64,000 nucleotides of DNA, from assembly GCA_903860135.1 (NCBI GenBank), contig CAIOPG010000017.1:11364-75363 (forward strand), given 5' to 3'. The translations under genes and the position numbers were made by a program. The notes under the pieces are model-generated. The model ran no database searches, was not told the origin of the DNA, and saw only the letters and a program-made list of their open reading frames with translations. This DNA is from Candidatus Omnitrophota bacterium. GTDB lineage: Bacteria; Omnitrophota; Gorgyraeia; Zapsychrales; Fredricksoniimonadaceae. Positions 10,676 through 19,698 of this stretch are shown here, piece by piece; the first letter of the stretch is position 1; every line of letters begins with the position of its first letter.

Positions 10676-12457
10676 ATGACAACAGCACACACATTCCACA
10701 TACCCGTCATGGGGACCTCATTCACCATAGATTCACCTATCCGGGTGGCTCGCTATGGCATTTCATCGGTCATTTCACTGGTCGATGACAACCTGATCGA
10801 AGATGTCCGTAAGTTTTACGCCGCGCGTTATAAAGAACCGTTCACTCCCATCAAGAAATTTGACGAAGACTGGCGTGCGCGCCGGATCACCGAATATCTG
10901 AACCTTGTCAACCGCATTGTCGGTCAACAAACAGCAGATGTCCGCGCCGCAGCTTTCGAGCCCGGTTCCGAGATCACCCGTTATTTCGACCTCATCCCCG
11001 ATGAATCAGCGTCCAAAAAACTTTACAAACGCATGCTCGATACGCAAGATGCCTCAGCACGTCAGGCACTTCAGGATGAGTTGCGCACTCATGTCATCGC
11101 GGGGCGTATCGATGTCAACATCATGACCAAGCTTGATAAGCCCAATGTGGACCGTAACGGAAATCTTTTGTCTGAAGAATTCTCCGACGCCTTGTCTGCC
11201 CTGCGCGGATTTGCCCAAAGCACGATCAACGGTGCCATCGAACTCTCGGCCGGATTTAACCGCCGCCTTTACACCTATATTGAAGAATTTGCTGATTTCT
11301 ATGCTGATGCGGTCGGAGACTTCAAGAAAGAGATCATCCTTAAAGTGAGCGATTACCGTTCCGCCATCACCCAGGGAAAATTTCTTGCCCGCAAAGGCCT
11401 TTGGGTATCCGAGTTCCGCATCGAATCCGGACTGAATTGTGGCGGTCATGCTTTTGCCGGATCGGGCAATCTGATGGGACCTGTCCTTGAGGAATTCAAA
11501 CAAAAGCGCCAAGAGCTCATCAGCCAACTTGACGGCTTCTGCCGTGAAGCCCTCAAATTAAAAGACAGGATCGTGCCTTCCGCCCCGCTTTCTTTCCGTG
11601 TTACCGCGCAAGGCGGTATCGGTACTGCCCAGGAAGACACGTTCCTCAAGCGTTATTACGGCTTGACAACAACCGGCTGGGGATCTCCCTTCTTACTCGT
11701 TCCCGAAGCGGTGCAGATTGACAAAGATACACACCAGAAACTCGCCGCTGCCGGTGAAGATGACCTTTTCCTGAGCAACGTTTCCCCGCTCAATGTGGCC
11801 TTCAACAATCTGCGCAATTCCCTCAGTGAATTAAGGCGCTGTGAAATGATCACCGCGGGGACCCCCGGCAGCCTGTGCGTCTTAGGCCACCTGGCAACCA
11901 ATACAGAATTTACAAAGAATCCCGTATGTACCGCTTCGCGCACCTATCAAAAATTAAAACTTGAAGCTCTTAGAGCACTGGGACTGCCCCGGGAAGAATA
12001 CGAACGACAGGCCGCCAAGATCACGGACAAAGCCTGTGTATGCGCCCAACTCGGTGATAGTTTCTACAAGAATACGCTTCAGGACAAGCTCACTGGTTCT
12101 TTCCCTGCTGTATGCCCGGGGCCCAATATCGCCTATTTCAACCGTGCCGCCACGCTCAAGGAAATGATCGATCATATTTACGGCCGGATCAATATTATGC
12201 CCTTCCCCAACCGTCCCCATATGTTCATCAAGGAACTGAAACTGAACCTCAACCAGTTCGCCGAACTTTACGCCAACAAGAAACAAGAGGACGCCGAACG
12301 CAAAGACCCGGTCCGCGATGAGTTCCGGCAGAACCTCGAAGAAGGCATCACCTATTACCGCCAACTGATACCACAGATCATCGAAGAAACAGAAGCCTTC
12401 CGCGCCAGGATGCTCCAGGAACTCGACCTCTGCACCCAACGCCTCGCCACGCTGTAA
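10676..12457 (+). CDS. conserved hypothetical protein; probable FMN TIM-barrel (NMO/FabK-like) with C-terminal Cys cluster
   Basis: 593-aa ORF; RIESGLNCGGHAF, TAQGGIGT and GWGSPF resemble NMO motifs; C..GHL, CTASR, CVC, CPGPN. Confidence 0.7.
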   Translation: MTTAHTFHIPVMGTSFTIDSPIRVARYGISSVISLVDDNLIEDVRKFYAARYKEPFTPIKKFDEDWRARRITEYLNLVNRIVGQQTADVRAAAFEPGSEITRYFDLIPDESASKKLYKRMLDTQDASARQALQDELRTHVIAGRIDVNIMTKLDKPNVDRNGNLLSEEFSDALSALRGFAQSTINGAIELSAGFNRRLYTYIEEFADFYADAVGDFKKEIILKVSDYRSAITQGKFLARKGLWVSEFRIESGLNCGGHAFAGSGNLMGPVLEEFKQKRQELISQLDGFCREALKLKDRIVPSAPLSFRVTAQGGIGTAQEDTFLKRYYGLTTTGWGSPFLLVPEAVQIDKDTHQKLAAAGEDDLFLSNVSPLNVAFNNLRNSLSELRRCEMITAGTPGSLCVLGHLATNTEFTKNPVCTASRTYQKLKLEALRALGLPREEYERQAAKITDKACVCAQLGDSFYKNTLQDKLTGSFPAVCPGPNIAYFNRAATLKEMIDHIYGRINIMPFPNRPHMFIKELKLNLNQFAELYANKKQEDAERKDPVRDEFRQNLEEGITYYRQLIPQIIEETEAFRARMLQELDLCTQRLATL

Positions 12458-12503
12458 ACCAATTCAAATACCACCAAAATTCTTTTTCTATCCACGCAAC
12501 GTG

Positions 12504-13733
12504 TTACTTGGAAATATTCCTTGCAACTGCCCGTGCGGCGGCGATGGCGCTTGACCATGCCCACTGTAGGTTGAAACCACCGATACGACCATCCACATCC
12601 AGGACTTCCCCGGCGAAATACAGACCTTCCTGTAAGCGGGACTCAAGCGTTGCGCCTTTGAGCTCTTCAAGGTCAACGCCGCCAGCTGTGACTTCGGCCT
12701 TAGCGTAGCCTGCGGTATCACCAACAGGTAACGGGCATGCGCGCAGGGACCGCTGCAAGGCGCGGCGCTCGTCCACACGCAGTTCACCTGACGGACGGAG
12801 CGGATCAACCTTGGCCAATTGAGCCAGGACAATAACAAGCCGTTCGGGCAAGTACGCGGTCAGGATATTCTTGATACTGCGCCGATTCCCGGGAATAATA
12901 ACAGTACTGATATCCTCCCCTTTAACCGTTGGCAAGAAATCAGCACGGATCTCAACCGGCCCCTGCGCCATGGCCTTAAGCCACGGTCCGGCCACCTCCA
13001 TGGCCGCCGGGCCGCTGAACCCCTGATGCGTAAAAAGGAACGGTCCTTCAACCGACAAGAGTTTTTTCCCGCCGCCCCACAACGACAAACGCACCGGCGA
13101 TGTGATCCCGCCCAGCGTGGCAAAGCTGTCATCTCCGGCGAATAAGGCGACCAAGGCGGGATGTGCGGGAACAAGGCGATGCCCGAAATTCCCGGCAAAA
13201 ACATAACCGCTGCCATCAGAACCAGTCGCGGGATAAGAAAGACCGCCCGTGGTTACAAGAACCTTCCGGGCTGACCTTAAGAAATCATGGCCGACCACAT
13301 TGAAACCAGTGCCTTCAGCCGCCAGTGAAATAACCCGGCGGCCGCATTCAATCACAGCCCCATAATGCCGTGCGGCGCGCACAAGGGCATCGCGCACCGT
13401 CGATGCCTTGTCGTCTGCCGCGAAGAATTCTCCGGAAGGCTGGACGGCCAAAGGAGCTCCCAACGCCTCAAAGAAAGCCACCGCGTCGTGCGGCGAGAAG
13501 GTTTGAAGGACATGCCGCAAGGTATGTGCGTTGCCGGCATGGAAATCTTTTGCTGTCACGCGCGCATGGGTCGCGTTACAGCGACCGCCCCCCGTGATAA
13601 GCAGTTTTAAGCCCGGCTCACGCTGGCCTTCAAGGACCAGCACATTCAGCCCAAGCCTGCCCGCCTCCGCCGCGGCCATAAGCCCTGCCGCTCCGGCGCC
13701 AATAATGATCAGGTCATATGCTGTGGCCGTCAT
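12504..13733 (-). CDS. HI0933/BaiN/YhiN-family flavoprotein
   Basis: IIGAGAAG, KLLITGGGRCNAT, TGGLSYPATGSDGSG, FTHQGFSGP, VTAGGV, GGFNLQWAWSS. Confidence 0.93.
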   Translation of the reverse strand: MTATAYDLIIIGAGAAGLMAAAEAGRLGLNVLVLEGQREPGLKLLITGGGRCNATHARVTAKDFHAGNAHTLRHVLQTFSPHDAVAFFEALGAPLAVQPSGEFFAADDKASTVRDALVRAARHYGAVIECGRRVISLAAEGTGFNVVGHDFLRSARKVLVTTGGLSYPATGSDGSGYVFAGNFGHRLVPAHPALVALFAGDDSFATLGGITSPVRLSLWGGGKKLLSVEGPFLFTHQGFSGPAAMEVAGPWLKAMAQGPVEIRADFLPTVKGEDISTVIIPGNRRSIKNILTAYLPERLVIVLAQLAKVDPLRPSGELRVDERRALQRSLRACPLPVGDTAGYAKAEVTAGGVDLEELKGATLESRLQEGLYFAGEVLDVDGRIGGFNLQWAWSSAIAAARAVARNISK

Positions 13734-15052
13734 AACCGCCAGTACCGGAGGCGGGATCCTTTAAAACATTCAGGATCAAAAAGCCCTTTCACATCCACGA
13801 CAACCCCCTTGCCTTTCGCCGAAGCCAGGTGGGCTTTGAGTACGGCCGGGGTCAGGATATCCTTAAACACCGCGTGATTAACCGCAATGACAATGCCGTC
13901 CAGTTTCATGTTCCTGTTGTACGTCACCAGCTCCACCGCGTATTCTGCCCTGACCTCTTCCTTGTCCGCCAAGGGATCAGCCGCAAGGACCTTAACCCCG
14001 TATTCTTTCAGTTCATTAATAATATCAATGACCCGGCTGTTGCGGATATCCGATACATTTTCCTTGAACGTGATGCCCAGGATCAGCACCTTGGCGTCCT
14101 TGACGGCTTTGCCTGCCTCGATCAACAGTTTCACCGTCTGCTGGGCGATATACTGGCCCATGCTGTCATTGATGCGGCGGCCGGCGAGGATAACCTGCGG
14201 ATGATAGCCGATCTCTTCGGCCTTGAATGTCAAATAATACGGATCAACACCAATGCAATGGCCGCCCACAAGGCCGGGATTCATCTTGATAAAATTCCAC
14301 TTGGTACCGGCCGCCTCCAGAACAGAGCGGGTATCAATGCCCATTTTGTGAAAGATCAGGGCGAGTTCATTCATGAGCGCGATATTCAGGTCGCGCTGGG
14401 TATTCTCGATAACCTTGGCCGCTTCGGCAACCTTGATCGATTGCGCCCGAAAGACGCCGGCCTTGACCACCAGGCTGTACACAGCGGCAACATCGTCGAG
14501 CGTCGCCGCATCACAGCCGGACACCACTTTGACAATACGGGTCAGGGTATGTTCCTTGTCGCCGGGGTTAATGCGTTCGGGGGAATACCCCACCTTGAAA
14601 TCCCTGCCGCACACCAACCCTGAATATTCCTCGAGGATCGGGACACAAACATCTTCGGTAACGCCGGGATAAACCGTTGACTCATACACAACCGTACTGC
14701 CCTTGGCCAGATGCCGCCCCACCAGTTCCGACGCACGCTTCAGGCAGGCCAGATCCGGGATCTTGTTGATCGTGATTGGTGTCGGGACCGCCACAATGAT
14801 GAATTTTGCCTTCCGGAGCAGTGCGGCATCATCGGTAATTGTCAGGAAAGCAGACCCGTTGAGTGCCTCCGCCGACATCTCGCCGGTATGATCATGGGCT
14901 TTCCTGAGCGCCGCGACCCGCCTGGCGTTGACATCAAAGCCAATGGTCTGGAAATTCTTCCCAAACTCAACAGCCAAAGGAAGCCCCACATATCCCAGCC
15001 CGACCACCGCGATTTTTTCTTTCCCGGTACTGATCTGTTCCGCTAATGTCAT
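13730..15052 (-). CDS. UDP-N-acetylhexosamine 6-dehydrogenase (TviB/WbpO-like)
   Basis: VGLGYVGLP, YESTVYPG, YSPERINPGD, AEAAKVIENTQRD, PGLVGGHCIGVDP, GITFKEN. Confidence 0.92.
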   Translation of the reverse strand: MTLAEQISTGKEKIAVVGLGYVGLPLAVEFGKNFQTIGFDVNARRVAALRKAHDHTGEMSAEALNGSAFLTITDDAALLRKAKFIIVAVPTPITINKIPDLACLKRASELVGRHLAKGSTVVYESTVYPGVTEDVCVPILEEYSGLVCGRDFKVGYSPERINPGDKEHTLTRIVKVVSGCDAATLDDVAAVYSLVVKAGVFRAQSIKVAEAAKVIENTQRDLNIALMNELALIFHKMGIDTRSVLEAAGTKWNFIKMNPGLVGGHCIGVDPYYLTFKAEEIGYHPQVILAGRRINDSMGQYIAQQTVKLLIEAGKAVKDAKVLILGITFKENVSDIRNSRVIDIINELKEYGVKVLAADPLADKEEVRAEYAVELVTYNRNMKLDGIVIAVNHAVFKDILTPAVLKAHLASAKGKGVVVDVKGLFDPECFKGSRLRYWRL

Positions 15053-15092
15053 GATGATCACCTTTTTATACAGGTCTTGTTAAGGCCACGAT

Positions 15093-15146
15093 CAGCCCGC
15101 TTATACTTTCACCCGCGACAGCCAGGATTTGTTCTCCAGGTACCAT
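15093..15146 (-). repeat. direct repeat copy 1: displaced duplicate of the epimerase 3' end (WYLENKSWLSRVKV*)
   Basis: 49/54 identical to 18714-18767, including a perfect 26-bp block cagcccgcttatactttcacccgcga (hand alignment). Confidence 0.93.
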
Positions 15147-15155
15147 CGGATTTTA

Positions 15156-18100
15156 TCATTGCTTCAAAAATTGTAGCAAATTATCCATGGGTACAATATC
15201 GTGAATAATAGGCGTAAAACCTGGCGCGTCGATGTATTGCTTCAGCATCATCGGATCCGGAGCGAATTGAAGAAAGGCTTCCTGCGGACCTGATGCTACG
15301 GCCTGTGCGGCACGGTTTAAATCAATACCGCCGTCACGCGCAACAGCGGCTTGATCAAGATTAGCTATCGTGGCTCTCACCAAAGGCTCAAGATAACCGA
15401 AATCAATCGATGCGATCTCTTGACTGAAATACTTGTTCAACAGCAAAATATGCGGCACATAAAAAGAGATAGGATTCGGAAACTGCCCTTCAAACAACTT
15501 TTTTACTAAAGATGCAACAGATTCAACCGCGTATTGACGCCAATTGGCTCCAAAATCTCTTCCCTCGATCGGCTCAGCCACCCATAAACGATGAAACTGC
15601 TCACTATCACCGCTGATTACTGCTAATAAGACCTGCATGAAGATCAATTCTGCCTGGCTACTAAGAGAACGCGAACTTCCAACCTCGTGACGTATTTTAA
15701 ACAAAACACGCTCAATAAGTATCTGACTTAAAGACATCGTATTAATATTACCCGCGATTATGTAGTCGGTCCAATAGAGAGACTTCTCCTTCTCTGTAAA
15801 ATAAAAGCCATAGTTATCCCCATAAACCTCTCCTAATAAATTAATATAAAATCGATTATGTCTTGAAAAAAAGAAGCCTGGCACTCTTTCGGAAGCACCG
15901 GCAAGTTCCTGCGCGGCACCCTCCTTAAAAACATGGAACACGCGCACCCGATGATCATCAGCCGCTTGTTCAAGCCCGTATTTCTTTATGCTCGCTTTAG
16001 TATCGCTCCCACGCATAAATGCAGAATAATACTTAGCCTGAATAACCTGCTCCTGATGCAATTGTTCCGTCACAGTAACAAGATCCTTGATCTCCCGCCC
16101 TTGAACGCGTAACATTTCTTTGGCATGATCGTCATCCACCGAAAAGACCCATACAATATTTTTCGGCAGATCCTTGAACATGGCGCGTGCCGCATCTATG
16201 TTCTGCGGGACAAGGATCCCGTTGGTGATCACATATACTTCTGTCGCGGCTGTTGACGCGGCTTTAAGGACTTCAATAAAATCTTCTGACAAACCGCCTT
16301 CGTTCATTTTCTTTTTGCCAAAAACCATAGTCTCACCGGGGCCGAGCAGGCGGATGCGATCAGCGCCATGCACCATGTCTATCCTTCTCAGTATCTCCTC
16401 TTTCGAAAGTTCTCCGTTAGACCCAGCCTCCTTGCGCAGATTGGCTGCAATGCACATAGGGCAGTTGAACGGACACCGGGCTGTCAGCATCAGGCTGAAA
16501 TCATTCCTTAGCGAAGCTTCGTAAGGATAAAGAAAATTGATCAACTCAAAGGCTCTTGTAACAGGAGATTTCTTTTCCTCCTGTTTAAGAACCTCTGCTT
16601 TCATATGGGGGATATCAATAAGATCCAACACGCTTGTGACCATCGACTTCCCGGATGTTGTTACTCCTTTGGGAATCTCCACGGTCCTAACAAGTTCCTG
16701 AAATCCCTGAAAACGGCGCTCGATCAATACCTTCCAAAATAATCTTTTCTGCTCGGAGGGTTTATACCTTTTACTGCTCGACAGGCATTTCGACAGAGCC
16801 TCAGAAGTTAAGAAAGACTCCTGCCTTGAAAGGTAAGCGATAAATGCTTTGCTATCATTTATTTCTTTCAAAAGAGATCCGAACTCGTAACTTGTATTGA
16901 AATCAACCGCTGGAATAGGTAAACGGGGGCGCTGGTTATCATCATCATTTGAAAAACCCTCTTGCATTAAAAGCATGGCCAACACCGGGAACATTGAGGT
17001 TCGATATTGCTCGTATATCTTCATGTAATCATCACGAGAAAGATGGTTACGTTCCCTGTCATTAGGAAAAACAAATGTAAGTCGCGTATTCCAAGGCATA
17101 TCTGATAGTGATCGTCCTTGTTGATTGAAATAAGACTGCAAAGCTCTCTTGATATCCTTCTCATTAAGATATGGTGTCATGATCGAACGAACAACTATTT
17201 CCTGATACACCGCCCAAACAGATTTCCAACTATCGTCGGCATCGCCTGCAAGTTCCCAAAGGCCACTACTTACAAGGTAATCATGGAACATTTCAGGAGT
17301 TAAATGCAACAAATGCCGCTTGGCATCCCTCAGTTTTATCGGATCAAGCGTATCCATTGCATTGAGCCAGCCAACCACATCATTGGGGGCAATGACCGCT
17401 GCCTCGGCACGGTTTGCTCCCGCATGAACAAGTTGAAGCCCGGGGATGGTATTGACCGCCTCAGGGGGAATCACGTTAATTGGGGTGTTATCCGCCCCCA
17501 GGACAATCCCTCCTGAAAAATATTTCCTCGGCACCATCTCCCCGTCCAGAGGATCGCGTTCTTCACGGACAAGATTGACTTCTCCCCGGTGGAATGCCTC
17601 AACATAACGCGCCCATATCTTCTCCGGCATTTTCAGGTCATCAATATCCACACCCGCCACTTTATTGCGGCTCACATACGTTCTTTCCAAAATACTGCCC
17701 CTGACCTTGCGTTTATACCACCCGGCAAGGATCACGGCATAACAAATCTGGCGAAGCCGCGCAAAAGCCCTGTCCTGATTGACCGCACGTTCAAGCTCTG
17801 GTAAAACAGCTTCCCTTAAGACTTGAGCTGCCAGATCCATTGCTTTTCCGGAAACGACCTTACTGGCTTTCGTGAGAACAGAATGTTCAAGGGCGGCATA
17901 ATCACTTTCCAGCATGACCTTCAGATGACAACCAGCCACATACACGCGATCCTTGTTTTCGGACACACGCGCCTCATCGGGGATGATCCAGACTTTGTTA
18001 AACACATCCAAGGGGATATCCGTTGTGCCAAACTTCTCAAAAGCCCTGGCGTATATCTTTGCCCAGAAAGCCTTGCCCGACGTCACGTCAGGGTGCAGTA

Positions 18101-18524
18101 GCCGTGATGCCACTTGTTTCAAGGTAAGATCCTGGTCCAAAAGATCGCGGCCCATTTCTGTCCTGCCAAAAGCCGGGGGCATAATGCGCCCTTTTTCATA
18201 GGGGCTGAGGTTAACCCATAGATCACCATCGGGCACCGTGAGCGCTGTCAGGAAATATTTGATCGCACGATTAGCTTCGGCGTTTAATCCAGGCACAGCC
18301 ACCGACGAACCAGGATCGAGGATAAAATCAAACTCCAAGGGATCATCCAAATGAACTTTCAACCCCCGTAATAATGGAAGATTATCCGCCAAGGCCGTAA
18401 CCGGACGGATCGAAGGAAGCATAGCGGGGATCCCTTGGGCCAAAGCTGGTGGCACAAGGCTGGTTGAGATAAAAGCCAGAAGTACCCCCACGCATAAAAT
18501 TCTTTTGATCAACAAACTAACCAT
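15156..18524 (-). CDS. large modular protein: signal peptide, N-terminal domain, central radical SAM domain, GGIDLN C-terminal motif
   Basis: Signal peptide ending PALA/QG; CPFNCPMC (16452-16475), GPGE, ITNG, SVDDDH; GGIDLN at 15315-15332; ATG 18524 preceded by AGGTGAGGGG. Confidence 0.85.
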   Translation of the reverse strand: MVSLLIKRILCVGVLLAFISTSLVPPALAQGIPAMLPSIRPVTALADNLPLLRGLKVHLDDPLEFDFILDPGSSVAVPGLNAEANRAIKYFLTALTVPDGDLWVNLSPYEKGRIMPPAFGRTEMGRDLLDQDLTLKQVASRLLHPDVTSGKAFWAKIYARAFEKFGTTDIPLDVFNKVWIIPDEARVSENKDRVYVAGCHLKVMLESDYAALEHSVLTKASKVVSGKAMDLAAQVLREAVLPELERAVNQDRAFARLRQICYAVILAGWYKRKVRGSILERTYVSRNKVAGVDIDDLKMPEKIWARYVEAFHRGEVNLVREERDPLDGEMVPRKYFSGGIVLGADNTPINVIPPEAVNTIPGLQLVHAGANRAEAAVIAPNDVVGWLNAMDTLDPIKLRDAKRHLLHLTPEMFHDYLVSSGLWELAGDADDSWKSVWAVYQEIVVRSIMTPYLNEKDIKRALQSYFNQQGRSLSDMPWNTRLTFVFPNDRERNHLSRDDYMKIYEQYRTSMFPVLAMLLMQEGFSNDDDNQRPRLPIPAVDFNTSYEFGSLLKEINDSKAFIAYLSRQESFLTSEALSKCLSSSKRYKPSEQKRLFWKVLIERRFQGFQELVRTVEIPKGVTTSGKSMVTSVLDLIDIPHMKAEVLKQEEKKSPVTRAFELINFLYPYEASLRNDFSLMLTARCPFNCPMCIAANLRKEAGSNGELSKEEILRRIDMVHGADRIRLLGPGETMVFGKKKMNEGGLSEDFIEVLKAASTAATEVYVITNGILVPQNIDAARAMFKDLPKNIVWVFSVDDDHAKEMLRVQGREIKDLVTVTEQLHQEQVIQAKYYSAFMRGSDTKASIKKYGLEQAADDHRVRVFHVFKEGAAQELAGASERVPGFFFSRHNRFYINLLGEVYGDNYGFYFTEKEKSLYWTDYIIAGNINTMSLSQILIERVLFKIRHEVGSSRSLSSQAELIFMQVLLAVISGDSEQFHRLWVAEPIEGRDFGANWRQYAVESVASLVKKLFEGQFPNPISFYVPHILLLNKYFSQEIASIDFGYLEPLVRATIANLDQAAVARDGGIDLNRAAQAVASGPQEAFLQFAPDPMMLKQYIDAPGFTPIIHDIVPMDNLLQFLKQ

Positions 18525-18637
18525 CCCCCTCACCTTTCATCAATGAAGAAGTGTTATATTTATTACGGCAATAGGACAAATCATGGGTAATAAACGAATT
18601 GTGCGCTGATTATTAAGACTATTAAAAAAATCCGAGA

Positions 18638-18705
18638 TTAAATGCTATCCACCTGAACTTCAGATATAACCATAACATTTAACCCGCATTCTTTCAATAC
18701 GGGTT
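18638..18705 (-). promoter_or_regulatory. two tandem stem-loops between the epimerase stop and the cassette ORF
   Basis: Minus strand: AACCCGTATT-GAAAG-AATGCGGGTT, then TTAAATGTTAT...ATAGCATTTAA with an inner stem; a T7 run follows. Confidence 0.5.
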
Positions 18706-18713
18706 CTGCGCAA

Positions 18714-18767
18714 CAGCCCGCTTATACTTTCACCCGCGATACCCAGGCTTTGTTGTCTAGGTACCAT
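18714..18767 (-). repeat. direct repeat copy 2: functional epimerase 3' end (WYLDNKAWVSRVKV*) plus 8 bp downstream
   Basis: 49/54 identical to 15093-15146. Confidence 0.93.
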
Positions 18768-19690
18768 TGAACTGTCCGGCGAACGCCTTCGTCGAGCCCG
18801 ATCTTCGGCTTCCAGGCCAGCAGGCGTCCGGCTTTCTCGATATTTGCCCACGTGGCTTTGATGTCCGTCTTGTGGAAAGCTTTCTCCTGGCGCGTCGAAG
18901 GCTTGCCGAGGTATCGCTCGATAAGGGCGATGGCTTCATTCAAGTCATAGGGACGATTCCCACCCAGGTTGATCGTCTCAAAACCGACCTTCTTCAGCGC
19001 CTTGATGGTGCCGTCGGCAATGTCATCGACATAAGTGAAATCACGGCGCTGGGTCCCGTCACCAAACACCTCCATGGCCTTGCCTTCATCGATCCACTTG
19101 ATAAAGCGGAAAATGCACATGTCCGGGCGTCCCGCTGGACCGTAGACCGTAAAATAACGCACCACCGACACATCGATTCCGTAAAGATAGTGGTACGTAT
19201 ACGCCATCACTTCTGCCGCCTTCTTGCTCGCGGCATAGGGTGAAATCGGCGTATTGACCGGAAGATCCTCGTTGAAGGGCATCTTCTGACCGGCGTAAAG
19301 CGATGATGTTGACGCCAGGACAAATTTCTTCACCTTGTATTCCCGGCAAAGCTCCAGGACATTGAGCGTCCCGTTGGCATTGGTCGTCATATAAATAAAA
19401 GGATTTTCCATGCTGTAACGCACGCCGGCACGCGCCGCCAGGTTCATCACGGCATCAAAAGCATGGGTTTTGAAAATACGTCGCAGAAAAGAAATATCTT
19501 CAATATCCCCCTTGTAGAATGTAAAGCCGGGATACTTCTTCAACGCTTTCAGCCGGAACTGTTTCAGGCGCACATCGTAATAATCATTCATGTTATCCAC
19601 TCCGACAACATGAACCCCTTGCTTGAGCAGTTTCTCGGCGGTACACGCCCCAATGAACCCTGCCGCGCCAGTCAATAAGATCGTTTTCAT
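18722..19690 (-). CDS. NAD-dependent nucleotide-sugar epimerase (UDP-glucuronate 4-epimerase-like)
   Basis: TGAAGFIG, LAARAGVRYS, SPYAASKK (YxxxK), RYFTVYGPAGRPDM, RDFTYVDDI. Confidence 0.93.
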   Translation of the reverse strand: MKTILLTGAAGFIGACTAEKLLKQGVHVVGVDNMNDYYDVRLKQFRLKALKKYPGFTFYKGDIEDISFLRRIFKTHAFDAVMNLAARAGVRYSMENPFIYMTTNANGTLNVLELCREYKVKKFVLASTSSLYAGQKMPFNEDLPVNTPISPYAASKKAAEVMAYTYHYLYGIDVSVVRYFTVYGPAGRPDMCIFRFIKWIDEGKAMEVFGDGTQRRDFTYVDDIADGTIKALKKVGFETINLGGNRPYDLNEAIALIERYLGKPSTRQEKAFHKTDIKATWANIEKAGRLLAWKPKIGLDEGVRRTVQWYLDNKAWVSRVKV

Positions 19691-19698
19691 AGCTATCG

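Larger units (their letters stand above)
15093..18767. mobile_element. integrase-less inserted cassette (3.6 kb) bounded by a 54-bp direct repeat
   Basis: Repeat copies lie 3621 bp apart; the cassette separates the epimerase from the dehydrogenase; interior is AT-richer; no recombinase is encoded. Confidence 0.65.

Noticed and set aside
18638-18713. Hairpins as a c-di-GMP-I riboswitch, attC site or dif site
   Set aside because: No GGCAAA/GCAAAG consensus, no RYYYAAC...GTTRRRY ends, and only a partial ATTTAAC match to a XerD arm
15093-18767. The 54-bp repeat pair as a diversity-generating retroelement TR/VR
   Set aside because: Mismatches include C/G, G/T and G/C, so they are not adenine-specific; no reverse transcriptase is in the window
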